A stretch of 64,000 nucleotides of DNA, taken from a virus. Shown in pieces: positions 48,671 to 58,854 of this stretch. The translations under genes and the position numbers were made by a program. Position 1 is the stretch's first letter, and the number at the start of each line of letters is the position of its first letter. Below the pieces are notes generated by a model, which worked only from the letters and a program-made list of their open reading frames with translations, did no database searches and had not been told where the DNA came from. The stretch is taken from positions 2,931-66,930 of the IMG/VR virus record IMGVR_UViG_3300027771_000013. One strand, written 5' to 3'.

Positions 48671-49606
48671 ATGTCTCAGATAAGTACTGTTACGCAACAC
48701 GTTGTTGATCCGTATGAACAACAACAAGAGATTGAATACGCTTATTCAACTAAATTTATTGATCAAAAGATCCGCAAAGAAATTCTTGCTTGTCCTGACA
48801 CTGCCCTGCGCATCACCACTGGCGTACGCCTGTTAGAAGATTGGCTTAAAGATACCTATTACCCCAGCAAAAATGCCCGACTTGCTCAGATTAAAGACAT
48901 GGATTTACATGCTTTAGTGGTACAAGTTTTCACTGGCATTGCTTATCTGCAAGTACCTACTTTATTTGTCTCTATTACCGCTGCATTAGCTAGTCGACTT
49001 AAGTTTGATGACAAACGCGACAGCATTATGACTATTGCGGAGATAGTAGCCGTTCTATGCCATACCGATGCGTATGACATCTACAAAGAGAGCGAATTTA
49101 GCGGCTTAAAACTGGTTTCTTGTATAGTTTTATCTGACAGCTTAAAAGATACCATCAACCACGCTGTTTACATGCCACCAATGGTTGCACCACCTGTGCC
49201 TATCACCTCTAATTATGAAAGTGCTTACTTATCCTATAACGACTCATTGTTACTAGGACGTGAGAACTCTCATGACAAAGACATTTGTTTAGACGTTATT
49301 AACATCCAAAACCAAGTGCCTTTAACGCTTAACTTTGCGTTTTTAGCTGCTGTGCCTGAAGCACCGACACATCCGCTAGATACCTTAGAAAAGACAACGT
49401 TATGGGACACCTTCCTAGAACAAAGTCGTAGCGTGTATCAACTGATGCGCAAAAACGGTAATCGGTTCTGGATGACGTACAAAACAGACACAAGAGGCAG
49501 ACTTTATGCACAGGGTTATCACATTAACCCACAAGGTACGCCTTACAAGAAAGCCATGCTCCAACTGGCTGATTGTGAGCATGTCACTGGAGTACCTACG
49601 ACCTAA
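48671..49606 (+). CDS. RNA polymerase II subunit 1, N4 gp15-like
   Basis: Y.PPMV.PP; DTRGRLYAQGYHINPQG..YKKA (T7-like DxRGR motif). Confidence 0.92.
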   Translation: MSQISTVTQHVVDPYEQQQEIEYAYSTKFIDQKIRKEILACPDTALRITTGVRLLEDWLKDTYYPSKNARLAQIKDMDLHALVVQVFTGIAYLQVPTLFVSITAALASRLKFDDKRDSIMTIAEIVAVLCHTDAYDIYKESEFSGLKLVSCIVLSDSLKDTINHAVYMPPMVAPPVPITSNYESAYLSYNDSLLLGRENSHDKDICLDVINIQNQVPLTLNFAFLAAVPEAPTHPLDTLEKTTLWDTFLEQSRSVYQLMRKNGNRFWMTYKTDTRGRLYAQGYHINPQGTPYKKAMLQLADCEHVTGVPTT

Positions 49607-49627
49607 TTACACTATACGGAGAAAAAC

Positions 49628-50878
49628 ATGGAAGCATTTACCGGATGGCAATACTTACTTATCGACATCGCTAATCAATACGGATTAGACAAAGAAACGT
49701 TTGACGTGCGAATAGCATGGACTGCAGACAACATCAAAGAGTTAGAAAAGATAGCTCACAACAAAGAATGGAAAGAAAAGCCGTTGTATCTCGCTGCTGT
49801 AATGGCATTGCGTGAAGTGCAAAAAGGCAAACCCACAGGGCATTTAGTAGGGTTTGATGCCGTGTGTTCAGGCATGCAAATCATGTCTGCCCTTACCGGG
49901 TGTGAAAAAGGTGCTGCCGCTACTGGGTTAATTAGTACTGGCGAAAGACCGGATGCATACACGTATGTCACCAACACTATGTCTAAGATGCTAGGCACTG
50001 CATTGCCGCAAGGACGTACAATGGCCAAAGAAGCCACAATGACTTGCCTGTACGGGTCAAAGAAAGAACCGGTTCGCATCTTTGGTAAAGACACAGATGA
50101 ATTAAATGTGTTTTACAAAGCATTGTATGCAGTTGCACCCGGTGCTTGCCACTTGTTAGAAGACTTAGTTAACTCGTGGATACCGTACAGCAAACTCCAT
50201 GAATGGGTATTGCCAGATGGATTTAACGCACGGTGTAAAGTTTACGTACAACAAAAGAAACGTATCGAAGTTGATGAACTTAATCATTCACGATTTGAGT
50301 ACATTTACTACGATAACGAGGGCGAGGAAAAAGGATTAAAGAACGCAGCCAATGTTATTCATAGCATTGATGCCTATATCCTTCGCTCGTTGATACGTCG
50401 ATGCAGTTATGACATTGACGTCGTCAACTCAGCTTTGTCTTGTATTACGTATGAAATGCTTCAACGCAGCGTGTTTAATCAACCTGCATCCGCTGGGCAA
50501 TCTAAAGAACCTGAAGTACAAAAATACATCGATTTATACGCCAGTACGGGTGTAGCAGACATTGTTATCTTAGAACACCTTGCCGTTACTGACTTTGCTG
50601 ACTTAAGCACTGCACATTTACGCGCATTGACCAGTGTTTTGGACACGCTGCAAACACACGATCCTTTCCCTGTTGTCACTATTCACGATGACTTCAAATG
50701 TCACGTCAACAACATGAATCACTTACGCAAACACTATAGAAACATCTTAGCTGATCTTGCTAATGGCACCGTTATTGACGCCATTCTCAATGAACTTCAA
50801 GACACTGCCATTACTTACACCAAACGAAGTGAGGGACTGGCACAAAAAATCATGAAAAGTGAATACTCATTGAGCTAA
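49628..50878 (+). CDS. RNA polymerase II subunit 2, N4 gp16-like
   Basis: F.GWQYLLIDIAN..GLDK; DAVCSGMQ; R..AK.A.MT..YGS; AN..HSIDA; TIHDDF. Confidence 0.93.
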   Translation: MEAFTGWQYLLIDIANQYGLDKETFDVRIAWTADNIKELEKIAHNKEWKEKPLYLAAVMALREVQKGKPTGHLVGFDAVCSGMQIMSALTGCEKGAAATGLISTGERPDAYTYVTNTMSKMLGTALPQGRTMAKEATMTCLYGSKKEPVRIFGKDTDELNVFYKALYAVAPGACHLLEDLVNSWIPYSKLHEWVLPDGFNARCKVYVQQKKRIEVDELNHSRFEYIYYDNEGEEKGLKNAANVIHSIDAYILRSLIRRCSYDIDVVNSALSCITYEMLQRSVFNQPASAGQSKEPEVQKYIDLYASTGVADIVILEHLAVTDFADLSTAHLRALTSVLDTLQTHDPFPVVTIHDDFKCHVNNMNHLRKHYRNILADLANGTVIDAILNELQDTAITYTKRSEGLAQKIMKSEYSLS

Positions 50879-50890
50879 CTTGGATAAAAC

Positions 50891-50932
50891 CTGCATAACG
50901 GACTCCGTCCGTTGTGTAGTGTTTTTTATGCA
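50891..50932 (+). promoter_or_regulatory. GGA-triloop hairpin (AACGGAC-TCC-GTCCGTT) with TTTTTTATGCA tail; terminator and/or middle promoter
   Basis: Same GAC-TCC-GTC core as 13828; extended stem uses G-U pairs. Confidence 0.55.
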
Positions 50933-50953
50933 CTTTATGTAATAGGAATAACT

Positions 50954-51328
50954 ATGAGCAAGATACTTAATAATAATTTAAAAGTTTGTATTGTATGTGA
51001 ATCACCCACAGATTTATCCACTAACAAACTATGTGGCTTGTGTACAACCAAACAACAAAGCGGTTTATTAGCCGTAATAGGTGTTAATACGCACTTAAAT
51101 GACAGTGAATTAGACCGTGTACACGTTGATGAAAAAAACTGGGATACCTCACCTTATTTTAAAAGGGGTGGTAAATATACCCACGTTCCAATTGCTGTTT
51201 TACATCACAACATGGAAGCTGAAAGTAATTACCTGCTACCCAATGACTACATTGTTGTTAAAAACGACATGATAGAGCTGTTAGATCAAATGACGCATGA
51301 AGATTACGCTGTAGAGTATCTACATTAA
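50954..51328 (+). CDS. hypothetical protein with N-terminal CxxC...CxxC
   Basis: AGGA RBS; zinc-finger-like Cys pairs. Confidence 0.65.
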   Translation: MSKILNNNLKVCIVCESPTDLSTNKLCGLCTTKQQSGLLAVIGVNTHLNDSELDRVHVDEKNWDTSPYFKRGGKYTHVPIAVLHHNMEAESNYLLPNDYIVVKNDMIELLDQMTHEDYAVEYLH

Positions 51329-51413
51329 GCTGTAAAACTTCTTACCGATATTCTAAGTATCAGCATTTCCCCTTTTTTGACTATACGCATCCGATATACG
51401 GAGATCATTTTGT

Positions 51414-51629
51414 ATGCGAGTAAAAACGTTTAATTATGAGACTGTTAAGCACTTAATGCTGACACAGCCAGCCAGTTTATACCCTAAGCACCACGCAACA
51501 TCTGAAGTTGTGGTACATGCCACAGCACAATTACCCATTACAGACACTAACGATTTACTCGCTATTTTAGCGATGTATCGCAACAGTCTGTTACAAGCCG
51601 AGGACATTAAACATGTACACAAACACTAG
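51414..51629 (+). CDS. hypothetical protein
   Basis: GGAG RBS; 'QLPI...N.L...L..Y.N.LL' pattern of N4-like phages. Confidence 0.65.
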   Translation: MRVKTFNYETVKHLMLTQPASLYPKHHATSEVVVHATAQLPITDTNDLLAILAMYRNSLLQAEDIKHVHKH

Positions 51630-52764
51630 TCCATCGGCACACCAGCAGAATTATGTTCGGCTGTTTAAAAACCACAACAACGCTATTGGCTTTTGGGAAA
51701 TATGGACAGAAGCTAACGGCATTTATGTGGCGCAATACGCCAAATCATTAGATGGCACTATTGTTCGCCGCAGCTTTAAAGCAAAGCCAAAGAATGTAGG
51801 CCGTAGCAATGAAACATTGCCTGTCGAGCAAGCGCTATCCGAGCTTAACAGCAAGGTTAAGACCAAACTTGACAAAGGATACGTCACTTCTTTGCAAGCC
51901 GCTAACGCACCGTCTACTAACGCTTTAGGCTTGACGCAACCAATGTTAGCCACTGCATTAGAAAAAGTGAAAAACAGCAGTATTGATTGGACCACTACCT
52001 TTGTACAACCCAAACTGGATGGCCATAGAGCCATGTACCAAGACGGAAAGTTTTACTCACGCAGTGGCCAAGAATACTCGCTTCCGCACATCGAAAATTA
52101 CATCAACATCAGTGCATTAAAAAACCTAAAGCTAGATGGAGAGTTGTACATACACGGTATGTCGCTACAAGACGTTAGCAAAATCATTAAAGCACCGCAC
52201 AGTGATAAAGCTAAAGCCAAGTTGCAATACCACATTTATGACTCGCCAGACAAAAAGCCGTTTTATCAACGTATGCAAGACCTGACTAATGCTTTTTATC
52301 ACTATAACAACAACTGGCAAGGCGACATTCCTCTTCTATTAGTAGAGACAGTTGCTGTAGACAGTTTAGAGGCATTAATGACGTTACATAAAACGTATCG
52401 CACTGCCGGGTACGAAGGCACGATGCTGCGTTCTAGCAACCAATCGTATGAAGACGGCAAACGCTCTAAAAACCTTATTAAAGTAAAAGAGTTCCACGAC
52501 GCTGAGTTCAAAATCATTGGCGTTAAAAAAGGCACACCGTATATCACCCCAAAAGGTACGTTCAATATCCCAGTATGGTTATGTGAAACACCTGAAGGAA
52601 AAGAATTCAATGTGCTTTGCCAAGGAGACATGCATCAACGCCAGTATTACTGGGATAACCAGGAACACTACGTCGGTGCAAAGCTAACCGTTAAATACCA
52701 TTACTTAAGTAAATTAGGCATTCCTCAATTGCCTATCGCCCTTAGATTCCACGAATCCTTTTAA
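51613..52764 (+). CDS. lig: ATP-dependent DNA ligase
   Basis: QPMLA, QPKLDGHR (motif I), LDGELY, YHIYD, EGTMLR, KVK and C-terminal OB fold. Confidence 0.92.
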   Translation: MYTNTSPSAHQQNYVRLFKNHNNAIGFWEIWTEANGIYVAQYAKSLDGTIVRRSFKAKPKNVGRSNETLPVEQALSELNSKVKTKLDKGYVTSLQAANAPSTNALGLTQPMLATALEKVKNSSIDWTTTFVQPKLDGHRAMYQDGKFYSRSGQEYSLPHIENYINISALKNLKLDGELYIHGMSLQDVSKIIKAPHSDKAKAKLQYHIYDSPDKKPFYQRMQDLTNAFYHYNNNWQGDIPLLLVETVAVDSLEALMTLHKTYRTAGYEGTMLRSSNQSYEDGKRSKNLIKVKEFHDAEFKIIGVKKGTPYITPKGTFNIPVWLCETPEGKEFNVLCQGDMHQRQYYWDNQEHYVGAKLTVKYHYLSKLGIPQLPIALRFHESF

Positions 52765-52778
52765 AACAGGAAAAACTT

Positions 52779-52988
52779 ATGAACCCTTTAAAAAGTATTG
52801 ACATGGATAAGTCATGGAAAGACATGTGCTTAGAATTGCAAGTATCCAATAACCATTTAGCGGCGCAACTTGATCAGGCTATCGAAAACATTGTAGCTGA
52901 GCAAACCGCCAACGCTTTACTGACTCAAAAAATTGAGCATCTTTCAGATTCTGTTCTTAAGTATAAAAAAACCTTTGGAGTTAAATGA
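52779..52988 (+). CDS. hypothetical coiled-coil protein
   Basis: AGGA RBS; packed in the operon. Confidence 0.6.
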   Translation: MNPLKSIDMDKSWKDMCLELQVSNNHLAAQLDQAIENIVAEQTANALLTQKIEHLSDSVLKYKKTFGVK

Positions 52989-53368
52989 TGGGCTTAGATA
53001 TGACCGTTTGGGCAGAATCCAAACAAATCAATAGTGATGCAGAAAATAATATACGTGAAATAGCTTATTGGCGTAAACACCCTGCTTTACATAATTACCT
53101 GTTTGACAATTTTTCTGATGACGCTTCAAGCGACAATGTCACTCCTATTCTTCTTAACAAAGAAATGGTTGAAAAAATATTAGTCGACATTAGCAAAGAT
53201 GTGTACAGCAAAAATAGTCCAGAGGGTTTCTTTTGGGGCCGCAGTCATCAATTTGACGAACCAGAGTATGTTGAACAAAAAGCCGATGATCTTTCCCAAT
53301 TTAAAAAAGTTTTAACTGAGTTAGCTGAACCTGACGCTGACAATGTTTTTTATGAAGCCTGGTACTGA
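52985..53368 (+). CDS. conserved phage hypothetical protein
   Basis: MGLDM...EIAYWRKH..LH...GFFWG...VFY..W pattern. Confidence 0.75.
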   Translation: MMGLDMTVWAESKQINSDAENNIREIAYWRKHPALHNYLFDNFSDDASSDNVTPILLNKEMVEKILVDISKDVYSKNSPEGFFWGRSHQFDEPEYVEQKADDLSQFKKVLTELAEPDADNVFYEAWY

Positions 53369-53430
53369 CCACTCAGTAACGCGCAAACACCTAATATCTT
53401 TTACTAAAACATACTTTTAAGGACCCAACA

Positions 53431-53613
53431 ATGATCGACGAAAAAGAAATCAATGCAATGTTACGCGAAGGCAAGAACATTAATTATATAGCTGGCGTAT
53501 TGCAACGACACCCCTCTTCCATTTACCGCCGCTTGTGGGGCGGGAGAAAAGCTCCGCGCAAAATTAGTAAACCTGCAATTGAGCCATTAAAAATAGCACG
53601 TAAATCTAATTAA
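53431..53613 (+). CDS. small HTH protein
   Basis: 'G..I..IA..L.RH.SSIYR.L' HTH. Confidence 0.65.
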   Translation: MIDEKEINAMLREGKNINYIAGVLQRHPSSIYRRLWGGRKAPRKISKPAIEPLKIARKSN

Positions 53614-53631
53614 AAAGGAAGTTATCTTACT

Positions 53632-53937
53632 ATGCAAGCCACTCTAATACGCAGCAGAAGTAGAAGTGTATCTAACGCAGTGAATAAAGCGCTTAAAGAT
53701 AAATTGTTGTTAGTTGTAAATGAAGACCCTGGCTTATCTTCAAGCAAGTACGCCGAGATTTGCCAAAAACGCCCTTCAGACATTAACAAATTACTTAAAG
53801 GACTTGCTACAGATGGGGTTGTTTATTCAACACCACAAACAAACGGTACGCACTCATGGTACTTAAACACACTCGATCACAAAAACCGCAGAACTAAATT
53901 GTTATGTCGGCCTTGGGATATTAACGTACTTAATTAA
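53632..53937 (+). CDS. small winged-HTH protein
   Basis: 'PGLSS...AE......SDINKLL..L...G.V.....WYL'. Confidence 0.6.
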   Translation: MQATLIRSRSRSVSNAVNKALKDKLLLVVNEDPGLSSSKYAEICQKRPSDINKLLKGLATDGVVYSTPQTNGTHSWYLNTLDHKNRRTKLLCRPWDINVLN

Positions 53938-53948
53938 GGAGCCTACTA

Positions 53949-54752
53949 ATGGCCACTATTCGATTAAATAACGAGCTTAGAAAAAGATTAAAAAACAAAT
54001 TTAGTCAGCACTACAACGTAGTTAACCCAGCACCGTGTGTTGACCAAAACAATATTCCTTTTATAAGAACAGCTATTGATCGAATGCCTGCTCAGAAATG
54101 GTTAAAAGAAACGCATGCGTCAGATTCTTACCAAAGCTATAGAAACAATATTCGATTTGTTAGCCGCAGTCATAACGTAGGCATATACAACGAAAGTAAA
54201 ATTAAAGCATTTCATAAGTCTCCTTTTACAGCAGAAAATTACATGAAAATCATAAAAGAAGACTTTGAAAAAATTCTTTTTTTAGTCAATCACACTGATA
54301 GTAAAATGCATTCTAGAATAGTTATCATAGAAATAGATTTTGGTACGATAGAGCCACTTAACTTAGTCTTTCCTAATGAAATGGCAGCCCCAAAAAACAA
54401 ATACGACGCTAGGGAAATTGCTTTACAACTAGAAGAATTTCTCGAAAAAGACAAAGAATTGCTTGAGGGTATTCTTATTCCTTGTGCAAAAGAACAAATT
54501 GAAGCAGCTGAAAAAAAGCAAAACATAACAGAAAAGTTTGAAGTTTTACTTGCTACCTGCACAACAGTTAATCAAGTAATAAAAGCGTATCCAGAAGCGA
54601 TTCATTTACTTGAACGTGAAGAACGCACAAAACTTGAAACAAAAATTAAAAGACCTGCAAATAACCGCATACCTATTGACTTCGATTTAGGAGAAACCAA
54701 TCTTATTCTCGAAGCCAAAGCTATCGCATTAATTAATAATGAATATATTTAA
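53949..54752 (+). CDS. Nmad5-like (nucleotide-modification-associated domain 5) protein
   Basis: N-terminal 'IRLNNELR..L' and C-terminal 'L..CTTVNQ....YPEA' resemble Nmad5 family ends. Confidence 0.45.
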   Translation: MATIRLNNELRKRLKNKFSQHYNVVNPAPCVDQNNIPFIRTAIDRMPAQKWLKETHASDSYQSYRNNIRFVSRSHNVGIYNESKIKAFHKSPFTAENYMKIIKEDFEKILFLVNHTDSKMHSRIVIIEIDFGTIEPLNLVFPNEMAAPKNKYDAREIALQLEEFLEKDKELLEGILIPCAKEQIEAAEKKQNITEKFEVLLATCTTVNQVIKAYPEAIHLLEREERTKLETKIKRPANNRIPIDFDLGETNLILEAKAIALINNEYI

Positions 54753-54769
54753 CATGGGAATTACTCCAC

Positions 54770-55807
54770 ATGACCATTACCGTTAACGCAACCCAAGCAA
54801 CAGCTATGGGACCAGAGTTTTTAAAAGCAAATTTAGTACCTTATATTAAGGGCTCTCCTGCTTGTGGCAAAAGTTCTATTGTTCGTCAAATAGCTGAAAC
54901 ATATAAATTAAAGCTTATTGATTTACGCTTATCACAATGTGACCCAACTGATTTGTTGGGCTTTCCTTCTATTAACAATGAAAAAACTAAAGCTGGTTAT
55001 GTACCAATGGAAATGTTTCCTGTTGAAGGCGATCCTATTCCTGAAAATTACAACGGATGGCTACTCTTTTTAGACGAATTCAATGGTGCTGATAGCGCAA
55101 CTCAAAAAGCAGCTTACAAACTTGTATTAGACCAAATGGTCGGTAATCACAAGTTACATGAAAAATGCAAAATAATGGCAGCAGGTAACTTAGCAACAGA
55201 CAATGCGTTAGTTGAAGAGCTGTCTACAGCTTTGCAGTCACGCTTTGTCCACATGGAACTAAGCACTTGTCCCAAAGCTTGGGCTGAGTGGGCTGCTGAA
55301 GCAAATATTGATCATAGAATTATGTCTTACATCCGTTTTAAACCTGACATGCTTTACACCTTTAGACCTGACCATAGCGATTGCACTTACGCCTCTCCAC
55401 GTACTTGGGAATTTACAAGTAGATTACTTAAAACTATCGACATAGACACTAACCCAAACGCTTTAGAGTTAATAACGGGTATTGTGTCAGAAGGTGTAGC
55501 AAGAGAATTTCTCAGCTTTTGTAAAATCTACGAAGACTTACCTGTCTTTGCAGACATTATTGCAAACCCTGAAGAAATGTCAGTACCAACTTCACCTGGC
55601 ACGTTATACGCACTTATAGGCTCTATAGCCAACAACGTATGTATGAATACCGTTAACCAGGTAATGAAATTTGTTAACCGCATTCCAGTATCTTTGTTTG
55701 AATTTCAAGTCGTGTGTATACAAGACATGACTCGACGTAACCCAGATATGCGTGATGCAACAGCAATTAAACAATGGGGCGTTAATAACGCAGCCGATCT
55801 ATTTTAA
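54770..55807 (+). CDS. MoxR-like AAA+ ATPase, N4 gp24-like
   Basis: GSPACGKS, DLRL..DP.DL.G.P, LFLDE, AL.SRF, SPRTWE. Confidence 0.9.
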   Translation: MTITVNATQATAMGPEFLKANLVPYIKGSPACGKSSIVRQIAETYKLKLIDLRLSQCDPTDLLGFPSINNEKTKAGYVPMEMFPVEGDPIPENYNGWLLFLDEFNGADSATQKAAYKLVLDQMVGNHKLHEKCKIMAAGNLATDNALVEELSTALQSRFVHMELSTCPKAWAEWAAEANIDHRIMSYIRFKPDMLYTFRPDHSDCTYASPRTWEFTSRLLKTIDIDTNPNALELITGIVSEGVAREFLSFCKIYEDLPVFADIIANPEEMSVPTSPGTLYALIGSIANNVCMNTVNQVMKFVNRIPVSLFEFQVVCIQDMTRRNPDMRDATAIKQWGVNNAADLF

Positions 55808-55822
55808 TTCACACGGTGATTT

Positions 55823-56968
55823 ATGCAGACTATGCCAGCTTCTATTGAAGCAACAGAAGAACAGTTAATTAACGCTCAAAAAGCATTGAACAAAGCTAAG
55901 ATTCGTATGATGACTTGCGCAGACGTAACATTCTTTACTGCTGTATGTTTTTTTATGGAGCACCGCTTTGACACTTCAATGCCTACTGCAGGAACAGATG
56001 GGAAACAAATTATATTTAACCCCCATTTCTTTTTAAGTTTAGATGCAGAAGAGCAAGTGTTTTTGTTATTGCATGAAACTATGCATGTGGCTTTTCTGCA
56101 TACCCGTAGAGTAGGCAATAAATCTCGAGGACGTTATAACCGTGCAGCTGACTATGTCATCAATTGGTTTTTAACAAGACTGGGTTTTAAAATGATTGCA
56201 GGCGGTCTACTTGACGCCAAATATAGAGATATGAGCACAGATGAAACTTACGAACTGCTAGAAGAAGATCCTGATGAAGATGCTAAATGTCACATGGACA
56301 TCATGCCTGACAACAATGATTGTGGTGCAGATAAAGACGACTTAGATGAGATACTTATCAAAGCACATACCATTACTAACATGAACAAGAAAAATGCAGG
56401 GACATTACCAGAAGAAATTTCAATTTATATCCAAAACTTGTTAGCACCACGATTACCTTGGCACAGAATTCTAGCCAAATACATGACAGCGCTTGTCAAA
56501 AATAATTACAGTTATCGTAAACCTAATAGACGGTTTTTCCCCGAACACATATTACCTACCCGCTCTAGCAATGGGTTAGATGATATTACTATGTTTTGCG
56601 ATACATCAGGTTCAGTAACGCAAAAGAACTTTGACCATGTGTGCGCAGAAACTATGGCTATCTTTAAAACTTTAAAGCCTAAGAAATTAACCTTTGTGCA
56701 ATTTGATACACAGATCAAAAACTCTACCGCATTAAAATCTATAAAAGATTTTTTAGGTGTCAAGTTTACTGGTAGAGGTGGCACAAGAATCCTTCCTGTA
56801 CTTGAACAAGCTAAAAAAGAAAAACCTAAGTTGGCTATCATTTTTACTGACGGGCACTTTACAAAAGAAGACTTTAACCCAGGCGTTCCAATAATCTGGC
56901 TAGTTTACGATAACCAAGATTTTACTTATCCATTTGGTAAAGTAATTCATTATCACTTTGGAGATTAA
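55823..56968 (+). CDS. metallopeptidase-vWA protein, N4 gp25-like
   Basis: TAGTDG, HETMH (HExxH), DTSGS MIDAS, GRGGT, FTDG. Confidence 0.9.
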   Translation: MQTMPASIEATEEQLINAQKALNKAKIRMMTCADVTFFTAVCFFMEHRFDTSMPTAGTDGKQIIFNPHFFLSLDAEEQVFLLLHETMHVAFLHTRRVGNKSRGRYNRAADYVINWFLTRLGFKMIAGGLLDAKYRDMSTDETYELLEEDPDEDAKCHMDIMPDNNDCGADKDDLDEILIKAHTITNMNKKNAGTLPEEISIYIQNLLAPRLPWHRILAKYMTALVKNNYSYRKPNRRFFPEHILPTRSSNGLDDITMFCDTSGSVTQKNFDHVCAETMAIFKTLKPKKLTFVQFDTQIKNSTALKSIKDFLGVKFTGRGGTRILPVLEQAKKEKPKLAIIFTDGHFTKEDFNPGVPIIWLVYDNQDFTYPFGKVIHYHFGD

Positions 56969-56974
56969 CTCACA

Positions 56975-58234
56975 ATGTTACTTACATCCGTTGTTCTTAC
57001 TGAAGACCAACAAAACGCATACAATAAAATAGTTGAATTCATTCTAAGCCCAACTGATAACGTATTCGTTTTGACAGGTTACGCAGGCACAGGTAAATCT
57101 ACTTTAATAAGTAAGCTAAAAGAAAACTTCTCTTCACTTATTGCGACTAAAAAACTCATTTCTGGCGTAACGCATGAAAGAGAAGAGTTAGCGTTAAACT
57201 TTACAGCTACGACTAACAAAGCAGCTGAAGCTTTAGCAAGCATTGTTGATGAAGAAGTCACTACTGTGCACTCTTTCTTACAAATACGTATTAAAAAAGA
57301 TTATCAAACTAATAAATCTGAGCTTAACACTACCAATGTTAAAGAATGTGCTCCTATGGTTTTAGTTGTTGATGAAGCTAGCTATATAGATAATCAACTT
57401 TTAGATGTCATAATGAGTGTAACGGCTAAAGTTAAAGTCATTTTTGTTGGAGACGCTTCTCAACTGACTCCTGTAAGCCACAAACACTCCCCTGTTTTTG
57501 CGCGCAACTGGCCTTCAGCTAAACTTGAAAAAGTAGTTAGACAAGCAGACGGTAATCCTATTATTGAGCTATCTCAATCATTTAGGAACGTTGTTAACGG
57601 CGGTGATTTCTTTTCTTTTGTTCCTGACGGAAATGCAATTCATCATTTAAATAATGTTGATTTCCTAACAGCTATACAAGGCGAGTTTTCAAGAAACACT
57701 TGGACACAAAAAGATTCAAAAATATTAGCCTGGACTAACAAAACAGTTATTGCGTATAACGAAACTGTTAACAAAGTTATCAGTGGATCCTCTGCATTTA
57801 GTGCTGGTGATTACGCTATCTGTAATGAATATTTTCCTCGTAGAACAGGAAGAGATTTAAAAACAGGTGAATCTGTTTTAATTCATCAAGTTGCTCCTGC
57901 TACTGAACACGGTGTCGAGGGGTATCATATTACTCTTTCCGATCGTTACACTCATTTCATGCCTAAAAACATTACCGACAAGCAAAAACGCGTCGCTCAA
58001 GCACGAAAAACGAAAGCACTTAGCATCATCGAAGATATCAATAAAAACTGGATCGATCTTCGGGCTGCTTACGCTTGCACTATTAATAAAGCGCAAGGCT
58101 CTACATATGACGCAGTATTTATTGATTTAGATGACGTTAGCCGTTGTAGAAACCCTAATCAATTAGCACGCATGTTGTATGTAGCGGTTAGCCGTGCAGC
58201 TAAAACCATTTACTTTAAAGGCGACATCGTATGA
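56975..58234 (+). CDS. SF1B (Dda/RecD-like) DNA helicase, N4 gp37-like
   Basis: GYAGTGKS, DEAS, GD..QL.PV, RQ, TINKAQGSTY, YVAVSRA. Confidence 0.92.
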   Translation: MLLTSVVLTEDQQNAYNKIVEFILSPTDNVFVLTGYAGTGKSTLISKLKENFSSLIATKKLISGVTHEREELALNFTATTNKAAEALASIVDEEVTTVHSFLQIRIKKDYQTNKSELNTTNVKECAPMVLVVDEASYIDNQLLDVIMSVTAKVKVIFVGDASQLTPVSHKHSPVFARNWPSAKLEKVVRQADGNPIIELSQSFRNVVNGGDFFSFVPDGNAIHHLNNVDFLTAIQGEFSRNTWTQKDSKILAWTNKTVIAYNETVNKVISGSSAFSAGDYAICNEYFPRRTGRDLKTGESVLIHQVAPATEHGVEGYHITLSDRYTHFMPKNITDKQKRVAQARKTKALSIIEDINKNWIDLRAAYACTINKAQGSTYDAVFIDLDDVSRCRNPNQLARMLYVAVSRAAKTIYFKGDIV

Positions 58235-58842
58235 TTGCTAAAAATATGCTTGACCGGCAAGTGGCGCATAAAACTGATCAAGTACTTGAAAGTATTTTTG
58301 AAGATGAGCGTAAAAAAGAATATGTTCTCATGCCCCTTACAATGAAAAGAACTCTTTTAGACGCTCTTTTTGCACCCCAACGAAATTACCTAGATAACAT
58401 AATGCTTGAGTTACAAACTGCCCAAGCATTGACAGGTAACGGACATGCGTTCAATTACAAAGGAGTTCTTTACGGTAATGCAGCTGCGCGAGTAAAAGAA
58501 AAGAAAATTCCTCACATGCTCAACCCAGAGTTACATTTTAAAATGGATGTGTATTTAAAGGAACAATCGCGTGTAAACAAAGAGCGTTTATACGCAGTAA
58601 CAAACTATTTCACTCAAGTCTTTGCTAGAGCGACTACAAAACATGAATTAGAAGTGTTAATCCCAACAACTTTGCTTCCTATGATCAACAACTATGAATT
58701 CTTTTACCATAAAGATCTTTCTTACCCTGACCAGCTCATGTTTGAAAGTGATAAAGCTTTAGCTGAGTTTATTGAAGAAAATAAACAAAATGTACTGTAT
58801 ATCAAACAAATCATGACCGAAAATCTTTTATACCCTTCGTAA
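58231..58842 (+). CDS. hypothetical protein, N4 gp38-like position
   Basis: Between helicase and polymerase; 'F.YKG..Y' and 'L.PELH'. Confidence 0.65.
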   Translation: MIAKNMLDRQVAHKTDQVLESIFEDERKKEYVLMPLTMKRTLLDALFAPQRNYLDNIMLELQTAQALTGNGHAFNYKGVLYGNAAARVKEKKIPHMLNPELHFKMDVYLKEQSRVNKERLYAVTNYFTQVFARATTKHELEVLIPTTLLPMINNYEFFYHKDLSYPDQLMFESDKALAEFIEENKQNVLYIKQIMTENLLYPS

Positions 58843-58854
58843 AGCGAGCCAACA

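Noticed and set aside
54770-56968. MoxR + peptidase-vWA pair as a new system
   Set aside because: Standard N4 gp24/gp25 core genes
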